Below, in pieces: positions 10,565 to 21,431 of a DNA stretch of 21,601 bases. The notes under the pieces are model-generated. The model saw only the letters and a program-made list of their open reading frames with translations, was not told the DNA's origin and did not search any database. The translations under genes were made by a program, and so were the position numbers. Position 1 is the stretch's first letter, and each line of letters begins with the position of its first letter. Origin of the DNA: Bugula neritina (lineage: Eukaryota; Animalia; Bryozoa); assembly GCA_964035545.1 (NCBI GenBank), contig CAXIUT010000009.1, forward strand, positions 1 to 21,601, in the 5' to 3' direction.

Positions 10565-11914
10565 ATGGGATGCGATAGTAGCAAAGGAAACCTAATATCA
10601 ATGCCTCAACCTAACCCAGACCTCTTCTCCATTCCTCAAAAACATCTTAAATCTCTAACTTCAATATCAGAGCCAAAAAACAAATTTAAAATACAACCGC
10701 AATACCGCATTCAGCTGATTGATAAAAACGGTGGTAAGAGAAACAATTAAGAAGATCTAATAGTTCTTAGACATAGAATTTTATAATCAAAAAACATGAA
10801 AGATCAGAAGAAGGGATATTGCTAAATATATCCTGATTATGTATCTGTAAGTTCGACTGGAAGTGAAGATGATGCAGAAAAGGATCTTCCTAAATTGCCT
10901 ATTAGATTGGAGTCTATTCGTAAACAGTAAACTAGAATTAATATTCCTGACTTATCTGAGAGGATAGATTCAACTCGTATGCAGGAATCTATTTGTTAAT
11001 TTATAGTATTGAATCGTACTTCTGAATAGATTTCTTCTAGTAATCAAATTTTGTTTGATTTGTCGCTTAAATAAATTTCAAATAAAAGAATAAAAAAACC
11101 TAAATAGGAATAAGAAGACAATAATATTAAAGATATATAAACTTTTGTTTCAATAGTTTTTGATAATTGTGATCGTTCTCAGTCGAATTACTTGGATTTT
11201 AATTAATTCGCTAAACTAGCAAGATAAAATTTTGGAAATGACTTGAGTGATAGATAAATTAAAGAATTTCTTGATCGAATAGATTATTCTGGTAATAAAA
11301 AAATAAATAAAGAAGAACTTTTGAGTATGTATAAAAAATTACAAGATTTAAAACCAAAATATTCAATCAAAAAGATAAATCATTATTAACCTATTCATGT
11401 TAAAGAATAAATTAAAGAATTAAAGAAAAAAGATATCAATGTTATTGTTAAATCTCCTAGATAAAATGTAATAAAACCAAAACCAAAACCTAAATTAAAA
11501 ACTATTTAAAAGTAGGATGTTGCTTCTATCACTCTTCCTGAAAAGAATTTTAAACAATTTAATAAAAAACCAGTTTAAAAATAGTTTAAAACTCAAATTA
11601 TATCTCTTTAACCTCCTGATACTTCTCACAGAAATCGATAAAATTAAAGATTTAGTGCTTTTGCATAAAATAAACAAAAACCCTTTGAATAAAGACTCAA
11701 AGATCTAGTAACTCAAGTATTTCACAACTATGATCATAAACGAGCAGGAGTACTGAATTTGAAAGAATTTGGTAAGTTGTTAAAAGAAAATATTGCTCAT
11801 GGTTTGAGTCAGAAAGAAATAAGAGATTTTTTGACTATTGTTACTTATAATAGTGATAAAGTTGTCAATAAGAAGGAGTTAATGACTCTATATAGGTATA
11901 TTATCAAAAAATGA
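10565..11914 (+). CDS. MGC-acylated EF-hand protein with two EF-hand pairs, 449 aa
   Basis: MGCDSS start; loops DRSQSNYLDFNE, DYSGNKKINKEE, DHKRAGVLNLKE, TYNSDKVVNKKE; TGA at 11912-11914. Confidence 0.85.
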
Positions 11915-11987
11915 TTATATAATTTAAGTTTTTTCAATATTTTATACTTAATATTCTTAATTAGATCAGTATTAATTTTATTATTAA

Positions 11988-12848
11988 ATGGGTTGTAATA
12001 GCTCTGAGCAACTTATTGTGCAAACATCTGAGCCTAATCCACTTCCAGCACTACCTTCAGGAAATTTAACATCGAGAGTCAAGCCTAAACAAGTTAATCC
12101 TAATGAGGATTAAGTGTTTTCTGATGTTTAACCCATCATAATGAAAAAATAGGAGAAATAGTAAGTGAATCCTGAATTGAAAAATGCCAAAAGAATGAGT
12201 TTTGATGATGAGTTTTAGGCTTTAGTTGATAAAATATTTACTCATTTTGATCAAGATCAAACTGGATATCTTTAGTTGCATTAGTTTGGCAATTTACTAA
12301 GAGAAAGTGTATCTGCAGATTTAACCTAAGAGTAGATAAATGATCTTTTGTTAATTGTTGATAAAGAAGGGGATAAAAAAGTTAACAGAAAGGAGTTATT
12401 ATATCTATATCAGAAAGTTCATAAATATCCTCAAACTAAATCAAAGGTTTAATAGCCAATAAAATCTGAAAAAGCAAAAGAATCTGAAGATGAGTATGCC
12501 CATCCTCCAAAAGATCTACCTACAAAGCCGCCTAAATATTCAAAATAGGCAACTAACGATATCCATCCTCCGTAGTAGAAATAGTTGAGCGGACCAGCAA
12601 AGAAGAAGATAAAGCAATTAGATGATAAAATAAAATAGGAGGTAAGTAATTTATTTGACAAGTATGATAAAAATGGAAATGGTGAGTTGTAGTTGAGTGA
12701 AATGAAAATTCTAATAACTAATAGTATTGACTTTTAGATGAGTTAGGAATAGATTCATGACTTTATTATGTCTATTGATGAAAACCAAGATAGAAAAATA
12801 AGTAAAAATGAGTTTATTAAGTTTTATACTTAATTGCTCTGTCGGTGA
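11988..12848 (+). CDS. MGC-acylated EF-hand protein with two EF-hand pairs, 286 aa
   Basis: MGCNSS start; loops DQDQTGYLELHE, DKEGDKKVNRKE, DKNGNGELELSE, DENQDRKISKNE. Confidence 0.9.
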
Positions 12849-12908
12849 TTGAATTTTATTTGAATTTATATTTGTTATTATAGATTGTTATTTATTTAAT
12901 TTTATTAA

Positions 12909-13718
12909 ATGGGTTGTACGAATTCAATTTAGGAGTCAGAAATATTGAGTAGACACAAAAAGGTCAGATTTTCAGATCCATTGAAATCATCTTGTACTAT
13001 TAAATCATAAAAAAAGGAACATTAAGAATGTTAGTTTTCATAAACGTCGAAGATAGTGATAACAAAGTCAAGGAAATTGTAGCATTTGTCACATAATCCG
13101 ACTAATAAAAAGAAAAAGAGTTTTGATGAGGAGCTTTAGGAGTTGGTAAAAAAGGTGTTTAAGACTTATGATCTTAGCAAAACAGGGTATTTATAGCTAG
13201 ATTAATTTGGTAAATATTTGAAATAAAATGTGTCGAATTCATTGAGTAAGTAATAAATTCAAAGTTTTTTGACTATTGTTGATAAAAGCGGACATAGAAG
13301 AGTAAATCAGCGATAACTTTATGATTTATACTAAAAAACTCTCAAGTCAAATGCTGCATAGAGATAGATAGAAAACTAATAAGACAACATTTTCATTTAA
13401 AAAACTGATTACTCAAAAGCAGGTCAAGAAAACAAACCAAAAAGTCAAAACCCAGAACTACCAAAAATAACTAAATCAGCTTTGCGATCAATGGAAAAGA
13501 AATAGGAGCAGTAGATAGATTAAACATTTGATCGTTATGATATTGACAAAAAAGGCTATCTATCTTGTTTGGAATTGACAAAACTGGTTCGTGAGAATGT
13601 TGATGAGGAGATAACAGAGTAGCAGATGAATGAGTGGCTGGGAGAGGAGTTTAGTAGAGGTGGTAGTGTAGATAGGACACGTTTGAAGGAGCTTTATGAG
13701 CTATAGTTTAGAAATTGA
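12909..13718 (+). CDS. MGC-acylated EF-hand protein with two EF-hand pairs (last hand degenerate), 269 aa
   Basis: MGCTNS start; loops DLSKTGYLELDE, DKSGHRRVNQRE, DIDKKGYLSCLE. Confidence 0.88.
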
Positions 13719-13889
13719 TTAAAAATTAAAATAGGGCTTTGATTTTTTTTAGCAAGAATTATTATATTTTTCAGAATTAAAAATTTTTAAAAATCATTTT
13801 TATATTTTTGAGATATAGATAGCTTTATCTGAATAATAATAAGGAATTTAATCATATTATTATTGATTGATTACAATACTTACCTCGAT

Positions 13890-15527
13890 ATGTCTGAAAA
13901 TATGGAGAAGGGTGTGTACAATATGACAATATCTAATAGGCAAAGCAAGATAGTGAAGTATACTGATGTTCGCTAGAAAATAAGAGCAATGAAAATCTTA
14001 ACTTTTGAGTCTCGTAATGAGGATCTGATCGATCTTGTTAAATGTCAAATACAAAATATAAAAGAATATTTGGTAAGGCTGAATGAATACCGGACTCCGC
14101 TTTCTATCTAACCTTAGCTGAGTGTATTTGTGAAGAAAGGTGACAATAATACGACTATATTGAAAATGTCAACCCATTTTATCGAGCATCCTACTCTGCA
14201 TGATTACTACGTTAGATATAATTTGAAAGTGGACAAGCCTCCTAGTCTGAATATGAGAAATCTGACTCTATTAGAAATTAAATAAATTGTTTATTTTATC
14301 TAAGAAATGTTCTCTTTGGTGGTACGTGCGGGTGGGATCAGCAACTTCTTCTACACTACTCGTAATTTGTATTATTTGAAACCTGATTAGAATAAATTTC
14401 TCGAGTATGGATCTTTGATGTTGAATTATTATTCTTTTGCTGGGTTGAAGTTTTTATTTAAAAATTAGACTATACTAAAAGAATAGTTTTTTTAAATATT
14501 GCCTTACTTGCCGCCTAATTTCTATCTACTTAAATAAAAACAAAGGTATTAATAAATAAATGTGTTGATAAAAATTAGAGCTTTTGCCTATCATATTTTA
14601 ACATTTATTCTTAAAATATAACTAAATTATCCTTAATAACAGTAATTTGATTCTTTTCTTAATCCTTCTGCTTTGAATGTAAGAGCTGCTGTGTAAAATA
14701 GTGCATAAAAAATATTTAGAGTTTTTCTTAATATTACTAAATAGGTTATCCAAAAAGTATAAATATAAATAAAAGTTAAATTATTTAACTTCTTTGAAAG
14801 AGTCTTTGTTCGATGTGATATTACCACTTGGTCAGAAGTTTATTAAATTATTTTTGCACAAAATTTTATCAATATTAAAAGTTACTAACTGACTCATTCT
14901 TAAAATAATAGATAAATTTTAGAATAAAAGTCTTTACTTGACTATATATTTACAGTCTTTTGGTAATCAGAACCTTAAAGTGAAAAACAGTTTTATTTGA
15001 AAAGAAGGTTAGTAGACAATAAATCTTTTGTATATTTTTTGGTTAAAAATAATACTGATTTTCATAAACAACTCAGACAACTTAATATTCTCTAGTTTGT
15101 TAAAAAATAAAGATTTTCAATGACTTCAACTAAAGTAGTTAAGCAGCTTGTCTAGAATTTATGTCAAAAATAAATGATGACTTCTGATAGACTTACTTTT
15201 TTTAACTTTAAAGAACTTGACTAAATCATTTAACAAAAAGCTCACAAAGAAAAGAAAAAGGCACTTTCGCTATTGAAAATAGGAGAATACGATAAAAAAG
15301 ATAACTATAATTTCAATCCTTTTATTACTAAGATTGAGAAGAAAGATCCTTAGGAAAATAAGGAGGAAAGAAAGAGAAATTATCCTTTGAGTGGGTCTCA
15401 GTTTTTGCAGAATGTATGTAGTTTAAAGGAAGTACATAAGGAGGGAAACAAGTAGATATCGACTATTGCTGCAAATAAACATTTATAGTTTTTAGCTACA
15501 TTGGAGCATAAACTCTGGTTGGAATGA
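13890..15527 (+). CDS. 545-aa protein; probable divergent pseudokinase fold with a possible KEN-like C-terminal domain
   Basis: Uninterrupted ORF. Kinase-like elements in order (RAMKIL, MSTHFIEHPTLHDYY, TRNLYY, PYLPPNF, RAFAYHILTF, ITTWSEV) but no HRD or DFG. The ORF is well supported; the function call is tentative. Confidence 0.6.
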
Positions 15528-15651
15528 CTGACCATAAATATGATTATTTCCTCGTTAATTTGATCAATATCAAATAAGATTCTCGATATTTTATCTATAG
15601 TTTATTTTGGGTTATTATTATATAAACTATAAACTAGTATTAGCCGTTATA

Positions 15652-16823
15652 ATGAGCAACATTTCACGATGTCCTATTTGTAATCGCAGTCCTCAGGAAC
15701 CTGTTAACTTACGTTGCGACCATCATCCTTGCTACAACTGTATTCTTACACTAGTAACGGTTGATTCTCAGAGGTATTGTTAAAGATATGTAGTAAAATA
15801 GAGAAGAAGTATAAAGTTGTATGTCCAGCTTGTAGTAAAAAAACTGTTTTTTATGATTTAAGGCATCTCATTATCCCTGGAAATCATTTTAACTAGGACT
15901 AATTGTATGTTTCTGATAGATATTTGTCAATAAAACCTGAAATAAAGATCAGTTAACCTAAATAATATCGTTAACGACACTAGCATAATCGTATGTCATC
16001 TAACATGAGTCATCCTACATCCAGGAGAGGTTCTATTACTAGTATAGCAAACAATAACAAGAACATATAAATCAAATGTTCTGATCATGGATAGGTCTAT
16101 AAATATTTTTGTTTAGATTGTGAGTAAAGAGGTCAAAAAAATGTGATTCTTTGTATAGAATGCGCTCGATGGCATTACAATTAGTCTCATAAACTGATTA
16201 ATTTGAAACAGGCTGAATATAAAGTAAAGAATTTCAATTAGCAATCTAAAATCAATATGAATAGAGAGCAGAGTTAGATAGAGGTGGTTATTGGTCAATT
16301 GAATAATAATAAAAATGGAATAGATAGTTACTATCAGCAACTGTAAGAAGGACTTAAGGAGTAGTTTAATCGTTTGTTTACTATTTTGCAGAATAAGTTC
16401 AATAATTTGAGAAGTGTTATTCAGAGTAGATATTAGTAGAGTATTAAAGAAATTAATTCTAAAGTAGATAAATTGGTAAGTCAACAAACTATTTTACAAA
16501 ACATGAAATAAGTAGATTTGAAAGATATTGATACAAGTCTTAAATTTTATCAAACATATTCTAAATTTACTAATCAATTCGTTCCAACTAAAACAGAACT
16601 GAATCTGAGTAAATTACCTCAAGTATGCAAACAATTCGACTATTCTCAAAAGTTAAGTGAAGATTGGATCTATGTGAGTCAATAGTAGCCGAGTAACAAG
16701 AAAAGTAGAAGGCCTTCGTTTGTGTAGTAGCAAAATAGTTATCGTTCTGGGAGGGAGAAAGAGAATATAAAGATGGGTATTAGTCCTAGTCAGAAGATCA
16801 ATTTAAAGAAAATGATCAGTTGA
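15652..16823 (+). CDS. RING-B-box-coiled-coil (TRIM-like) putative E3 ligase, 383 aa; exons 15652-15773, 15794-16823
   Basis: C3HC4 RING CPIC...CDHHPCYNC...CPAC; B-box CSDHGEVYKYFCLDC...LCIECARWH...H; followed by a heptad-rich region. Confidence 0.88.
15774..15793 (+). other. 20-nt spliceosomal intron
   Basis: GTATTGTTAAAGATATGTAG; removal brings the last RING CxxC into frame. Confidence 0.88.
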
Positions 16824-16872
16824 TTAATTACTCTTATTGATATAATATTAAAAATTTCTGGTATAATAATAG

Positions 16873-17601
16873 ATGATTTTGGAATAGAAGAGCGTCAAAG
16901 ATATTTTGTAAATGGTTGTTGGTTCTTCAATTGTAGTGTATTCTTTGTATAGAACTGTTAAAAATTTTAGAAAGAATCATTTGTTAATGGGACACCATTT
17001 GTATTTTCCTCAAATTCAAGCTAAAACTAAAATAAACTATTCTAAATTTATCAATAATCCTAATCTTCAATAATACGTTATTATTTCTAATTTTTCAACT
17101 CCTTCTCATCCATAGTTATTCAAAAAGCACATGAAGATGGTTCTTAATTATCAGATGGAGGCCAGCCAACATCAATCGTATGCAGAGAAGGCTTAAAGTT
17201 TTGAGGGATAGGCAAGTGAAAATAATAAAAAATATACTATATTATGTGATTGTTCTAAGGTAAAGCCTTTTGTTTCGAGTTCTTTGTTGTGTAATATACA
17301 GGCAATATTAATAAATCAAATTAAACAAAGAGTGACTATGTTTGTTTATGGAAAACTATATTATCAAAAATAAAAGAAAAAATTGATTATCTAATCGGAG
17401 TGTTTTGGAACTAATCGATTGGAAATATATTCTGCTTGGGAATGGATTTTGGGAGTTGGGTCTCCTCTTCTTTATCTTATTCTAGGGGCTGGAATTGGTC
17501 TTGGAAGTCGCTTGCTTATAGAACATTCAAATGTTTTTGAATATCTTGGAAATAAAATAGTTGAAAGAGTTAATTAGTTGATGGATAGTGATGTTGTATG
17601 A
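16873..17601 (+). CDS. Membrane protein, 242 aa, with N- and C-terminal hydrophobic helices
   Basis: MVVGSSIVVYSLY and WILGVGSPLLYLILGAGIGLG segments; ATG 16873 to TGA 17599-17601. Confidence 0.7.
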
Positions 17602-17669
17602 ATATGTATTAGTCTCATTAAAGATTTTATAATTATTTTGATTCATATCAAATGTATTAATTATATTGA

Positions 17670-18602
17670 ATGAAAAAATAAAAAATAAGAAGACGTAAAA
17701 ATTCAATATCAAACGATTCTTAACCTTTATATTCAAGTGAAAACTTCAAGTAGTTAAAGAAAAAACCGTTGAATCTTCGTCAAATTAAATAAAGCTATTC
17801 AACTTTACCAGTAAATCCTTAAAATAAATTACATAAATCTCGATCTGAAATAATAAAGAAACTAACTGGTAGTTTACAGCATAAGATCGATATGGACTAT
17901 CATGCTAGAATAGCTATAGAAGAGTAAAATGAGAATAAAGTTAAGAGATTGAAGCATATATAATCGTAGTTGTAGTTAATTAATCAATAGAATACAATTA
18001 AAATGAAGATGTTGGATGATGTTAAAAATAGTTTTATCAAAAAAATATAAAATTAAATGATTAGGGAAAGATAAATTTAAGAAAAATTGATGTATAGATA
18101 TGGATAGGTTATGAAGTAAGATTAAAAAGTACAACTTACTAGAGCTGTTAAATCGTTGAAGTAAAAAGAAGAGTGGATTCTTTTGGAAAAATAAGAAAGA
18201 AGATTAGAAATGATAGCTAGGTCTTTTTAAAATAAACAAATTTAACTTGGAAGAGATAGATCTCTTTATCCTAAAGCAAAATTAAAATTAGGACAAGAAG
18301 AGGAATAGAAAAAAGTAAAAGTTAAAGCGAAATCTCAAAAAAAAGAGAAAAAAATAAAAAGTACAGAAGAACTGAAAGAAATAGGAAGACAGTTCTTAGA
18401 GCATGCAAAAAAAGTTCAGACTTAAAGAGTAAAATAGAATAATAAATTGTTAGATTTAGGCAAGAAGAGTATAGATTATCTTCCTTAAATAAAAATAATT
18501 CTTAAAAATAGGGGAAAAGATTTAAGCAAACCCTTTGACCAAGCTCAATAGACAATGATAAAACCTAGGAGAAGAAGAAACTCTCCTAATAAAGCAAAAT
18601 GA
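17670..18602 (+). CDS. Basic coiled-coil hypothetical protein, 310 aa
   Basis: K/E-rich ORF ending at TGA 18600-18602. Confidence 0.75.
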
Positions 18603-18621
18603 TATTTTTAAACTTATACAA

Positions 18622-19485
18622 TCATTTATTCAAATCTTTCAAAGCTGTCTGGATACGCTGTTGAATATTCTATAGTTTATTTGGATTCCAGTCCTAAGTT
18701 TTTGAAAAGCATGGCTCTAACTTCTTAGAAATAATATTGTTGACAGGATTAATCATTAGCTTTTGATGAGGTTCTTTGATTAAATGTTTATATTCTTTTA
18801 ATTTAGAAGATGTATAGCTATCTTTCCGATAATATCCTGTGTATGGCTAATTTTCACGATTTTAATTATATTTTTTTCTAATGCTCATACTTTTTTCATA
18901 GGCTTTAGTAGGAATCAATCTAGGTTATCTTTTTGATTGTTATTCGTATTTTGTATTTCTGAAATCTTTATAACTGCTATGTTTGTTTAAAATTTAAGGA
19001 TTTCTTTGATTTCCTTGATTTACTTCAAACTTCGATATGACTTTTTCATTGATATTAAACTTCTAACTCAAAAGTCTTTCTTTTTCTGTTATTCTTTTAT
19101 CAATATCATCGATAAATTAAGTAAAGTTATGTTGTCTTTTGACTTGAAATTCAGAAATATTTTGTTTTGGAATTGAACTCATGGTTCTTTAATAATTATC
19201 AGGTCTAGATTATGATCCGACTGTGTTTGTTCTTTTTGGTTAAGATTCTCTAATTTTATCTTTAGAAATCTAAAATTGATGTCTCATTTTCTTTGGACTT
19301 TCTACAAAAAAGTTAGGTTTAGATTGTGATTTTTCTTGAGGCTTATTGATGTTAGTTTGGGCAAGAGGGTAGAAAATTTATGTCTTTTTTGATGAATATG
19401 TAAAAGTTTTATCGCATCCATACTTATTTCTAATAGTTTGTAATTTTTTAAGATACATTTCTTAATCCATATGCGTTTTCTACAT
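18622..19485 (-). CDS. Hypothetical low-complexity protein, 287 aa (MEKTHMDEEMYLKKLQTIRNKY...)
   Basis: ATG 19485 to TGA 18622-18624 with no internal TGA. Confidence 0.72.
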
Positions 19486-19667
19486 TGTCAATAAATTATA
19501 TCGAATTGATTTTAATATTATTTCATATGATAGATCATATTTAAAGTTCTTGTGCAATTTTATCACTTTTTTCAACGAACTTATTCTTTCTAAATCCTTT
19601 ATTAAGTCAATCAAACCAAAATGGATCTTATTTATCTTTAATATTACCATATTTTATAAATTAAACA

Positions 19668-20187
19668 ATGAACAAAGAAGATCAACTTGCATCAATACGA
19701 ATATCATTCAGAAATAAGTTAGTATATTTCCATGCATTCAATATTCTTTTGTTCATTTGGTCGATGTTTGCTCTAGCATACTTTATCTACAATACTGCAA
19801 ATGTTAGTTGTCAAAAATGTATATCTTTCTCATTTAGTAAAACTCTATTTCATTGCCTGGACATGTAGTTATGGTCTTGACATAATTATTGCTATTCTTT
19901 GCATATTTGTAGTTAAAAAGTCTCGATATTATACACTTGGATATGGATTTGTTGTATCGGGAATTATCTATAAAATACTTGTGATATTAACTTTAGTTAT
20001 TGGAGCTTGGAATTATGTTGGAACTTGTCTTATTTAAGATGCCTTAAAGCTGATAATCATTATTACTAATTCGATATAAATACTTGTTCTTCTCATAGAT
20101 TTTGCTCTAATGTATAGAATAAAAGCTGTTATAAGATAGATTTTGGCCTAAAAGATGTTGATGACTAAAACCTTTGCTTAAAATTGA
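19668..20187 (+). CDS. Four-transmembrane small membrane protein, 166 aa; exons 19668-19818, 19838-20187
   Basis: A 19-nt intron joins track ORFs 19668..19868 and 19801..20037; four hydrophobic segments. Confidence 0.8.
19819..19837 (+). other. 19-nt spliceosomal intron
   Basis: GTATATCTTTCTCATTTAG; frame-restoring. Confidence 0.82.
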
Positions 20188-20235
20188 TTTTTGATAATAA
20201 CTGAGTATTTACTTATTAAAGAATTTAAACTAGTC

Positions 20236-21348
20236 ATGTCGGACCTGTTTGATATCATTCCCTATCAAAAAAAATCTAACTCGCGAACCAGCAGTCACGA
20301 AGACAGTAGTAACTACGTTAAACTCCAGACTGATTTTTTGAATAATAACTTCGGGTTCTATACTTTGAGGTTTATTGAAATGATAGCACTGGATGCTAGT
20401 CTCAGATCTGCTGAGCTGGAGGTGTTGAGTGTGAATAAAATCATGAGAGAGTTGGTGAGGAAGTATATGCTCAATGATTTTTAGTTGGTTTTAGTAGGTC
20501 ATATTGCTGGTGTGTTAGAGTGGAATTTTGAGGTGAGGTTTTTGGTTAAAAAGAGTGAGATTATAGACTTTTCAGGTGAGCATTTGCATCACCATGCTGG
20601 AAAACTGGCTCTTTTTTTGAATTTAGTTGCTTATTTTGTGAAGAAGTATGTTGGTCTAATGTCAGAACTGAGGGTGATTTCATAATTTCTACAAAAAGAA
20701 ACTTCCAACAAATGGTAAAATATTTATGAATAGTGGCTATCAACTTGTCCGAGTGAAATGTTCCAATTATCACCTAGAATTTTGAATTAAATATACTCAA
20801 GATATACTCGAAATTGCCAGCAAACACCTTAAAATAAAAACTATAATAAAATGGTAGATCAAATATTAGAACTTTCAACAACTTATTCAATGATTCCTGG
20901 AGATACTAAAGAAGGCAAGAAAAAGAAAAATAAACAAAAAAGAATAATTGAGTAAGATTAAAATAGCAATGAAGGAATGTTATTTGGAAGGAAGAAAATA
21001 AAAATTGATGAAATGTCTCAAATGAATGCTTCAAAATATCTGAGTTTCTGTCCTTCTGTATTGAAAAGCAACTATGGGTAAAATGAAAATAAATCAAGTA
21101 TTGGTCAAAACAAGATAAAGTTAGGTTTTAAGGGAGAAAAGGCGAATAAAGGAGTGACAGACTTCTTTAACAATTCAGGTCAGAACGAATTATCAATAAG
21201 TAAAAAGTATAATCCTCAATCTATGATTGGTTTTGTTGATCCTAATCCTAACTTCTTTGACTCGAAGGTCTTTTCAAGTGGAGAAGATATTATACCTTAC
21301 AATTTACGATCTAATTCAGGTTTATTTAAGTCAAAATGGTTAGAATGA
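20236..21348 (+). CDS. Hypothetical protein, 370 aa, with helical N-terminal region and disordered C-terminus
   Basis: Track ORFs 20191, 20485 and 21154 are one frame joined through TAA/TAG; ends at TGA 21346-21348. Confidence 0.8.
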
Positions 21349-21431
21349 TAAAGGATATCTATTTACTTGATAAAAATAATTTATATAATAAAAGAACAAC
21401 TAAAATCACCATTCAAATTTCCATTCTTTCA

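Noticed and set aside
10213-13718. Calling the EF-hand genes spasmin, centrin or calmodulin
   Set aside because: Long inter-lobe linkers, MGC N-termini and divergent loops do not match those compact four-EF-hand families
3278-16823. Standard ciliate code (TAR=Gln) or split code (TAA=Lys, TAG=Glu)
   Set aside because: Both TAA and TAG fall at invariant Glu positions (TTLL motifs, EF-hand position 12, CBM20 ELG)
17095-17526. Minus-strand ORF of about 143 aa
   Set aside because: It lies entirely antisense to the longer + strand membrane-protein ORF 16873-17601, which fits its neighbours better
16873-17601. GIDE/MUL1-like assignment for the two-TM protein
   Set aside because: Only the topology and a short FVYGKL segment are suggestive, and there is no RING; an HMM search is needed
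1652-21348. The supplied six-frame ORFs as real genes (e.g. 2285..2554, 5279..5572, 11495..11677, 12449..12661, 14633..14827, 16113..16487, 20906..21097)
   Set aside because: They were computed with TAA/TAG as stops, and are antisense or out-of-frame shadows or fragments of longer table-30 genes
153-21348. Pseudogenes, or TGA read as Trp/Cys
   Set aside because: Frequent TAA/TAG are sense codons, conserved Trp residues use TGG, and no gene model needs an internal TGA once the short introns are removed
21405-21431. Euplotes-like TTGAA chromosome-breakage motif about 16 nt from the right telomere (TTCAA on the + strand)
   Set aside because: It is not at the equivalent position at the left or internal telomere, and is expected by chance in AT-rich DNA
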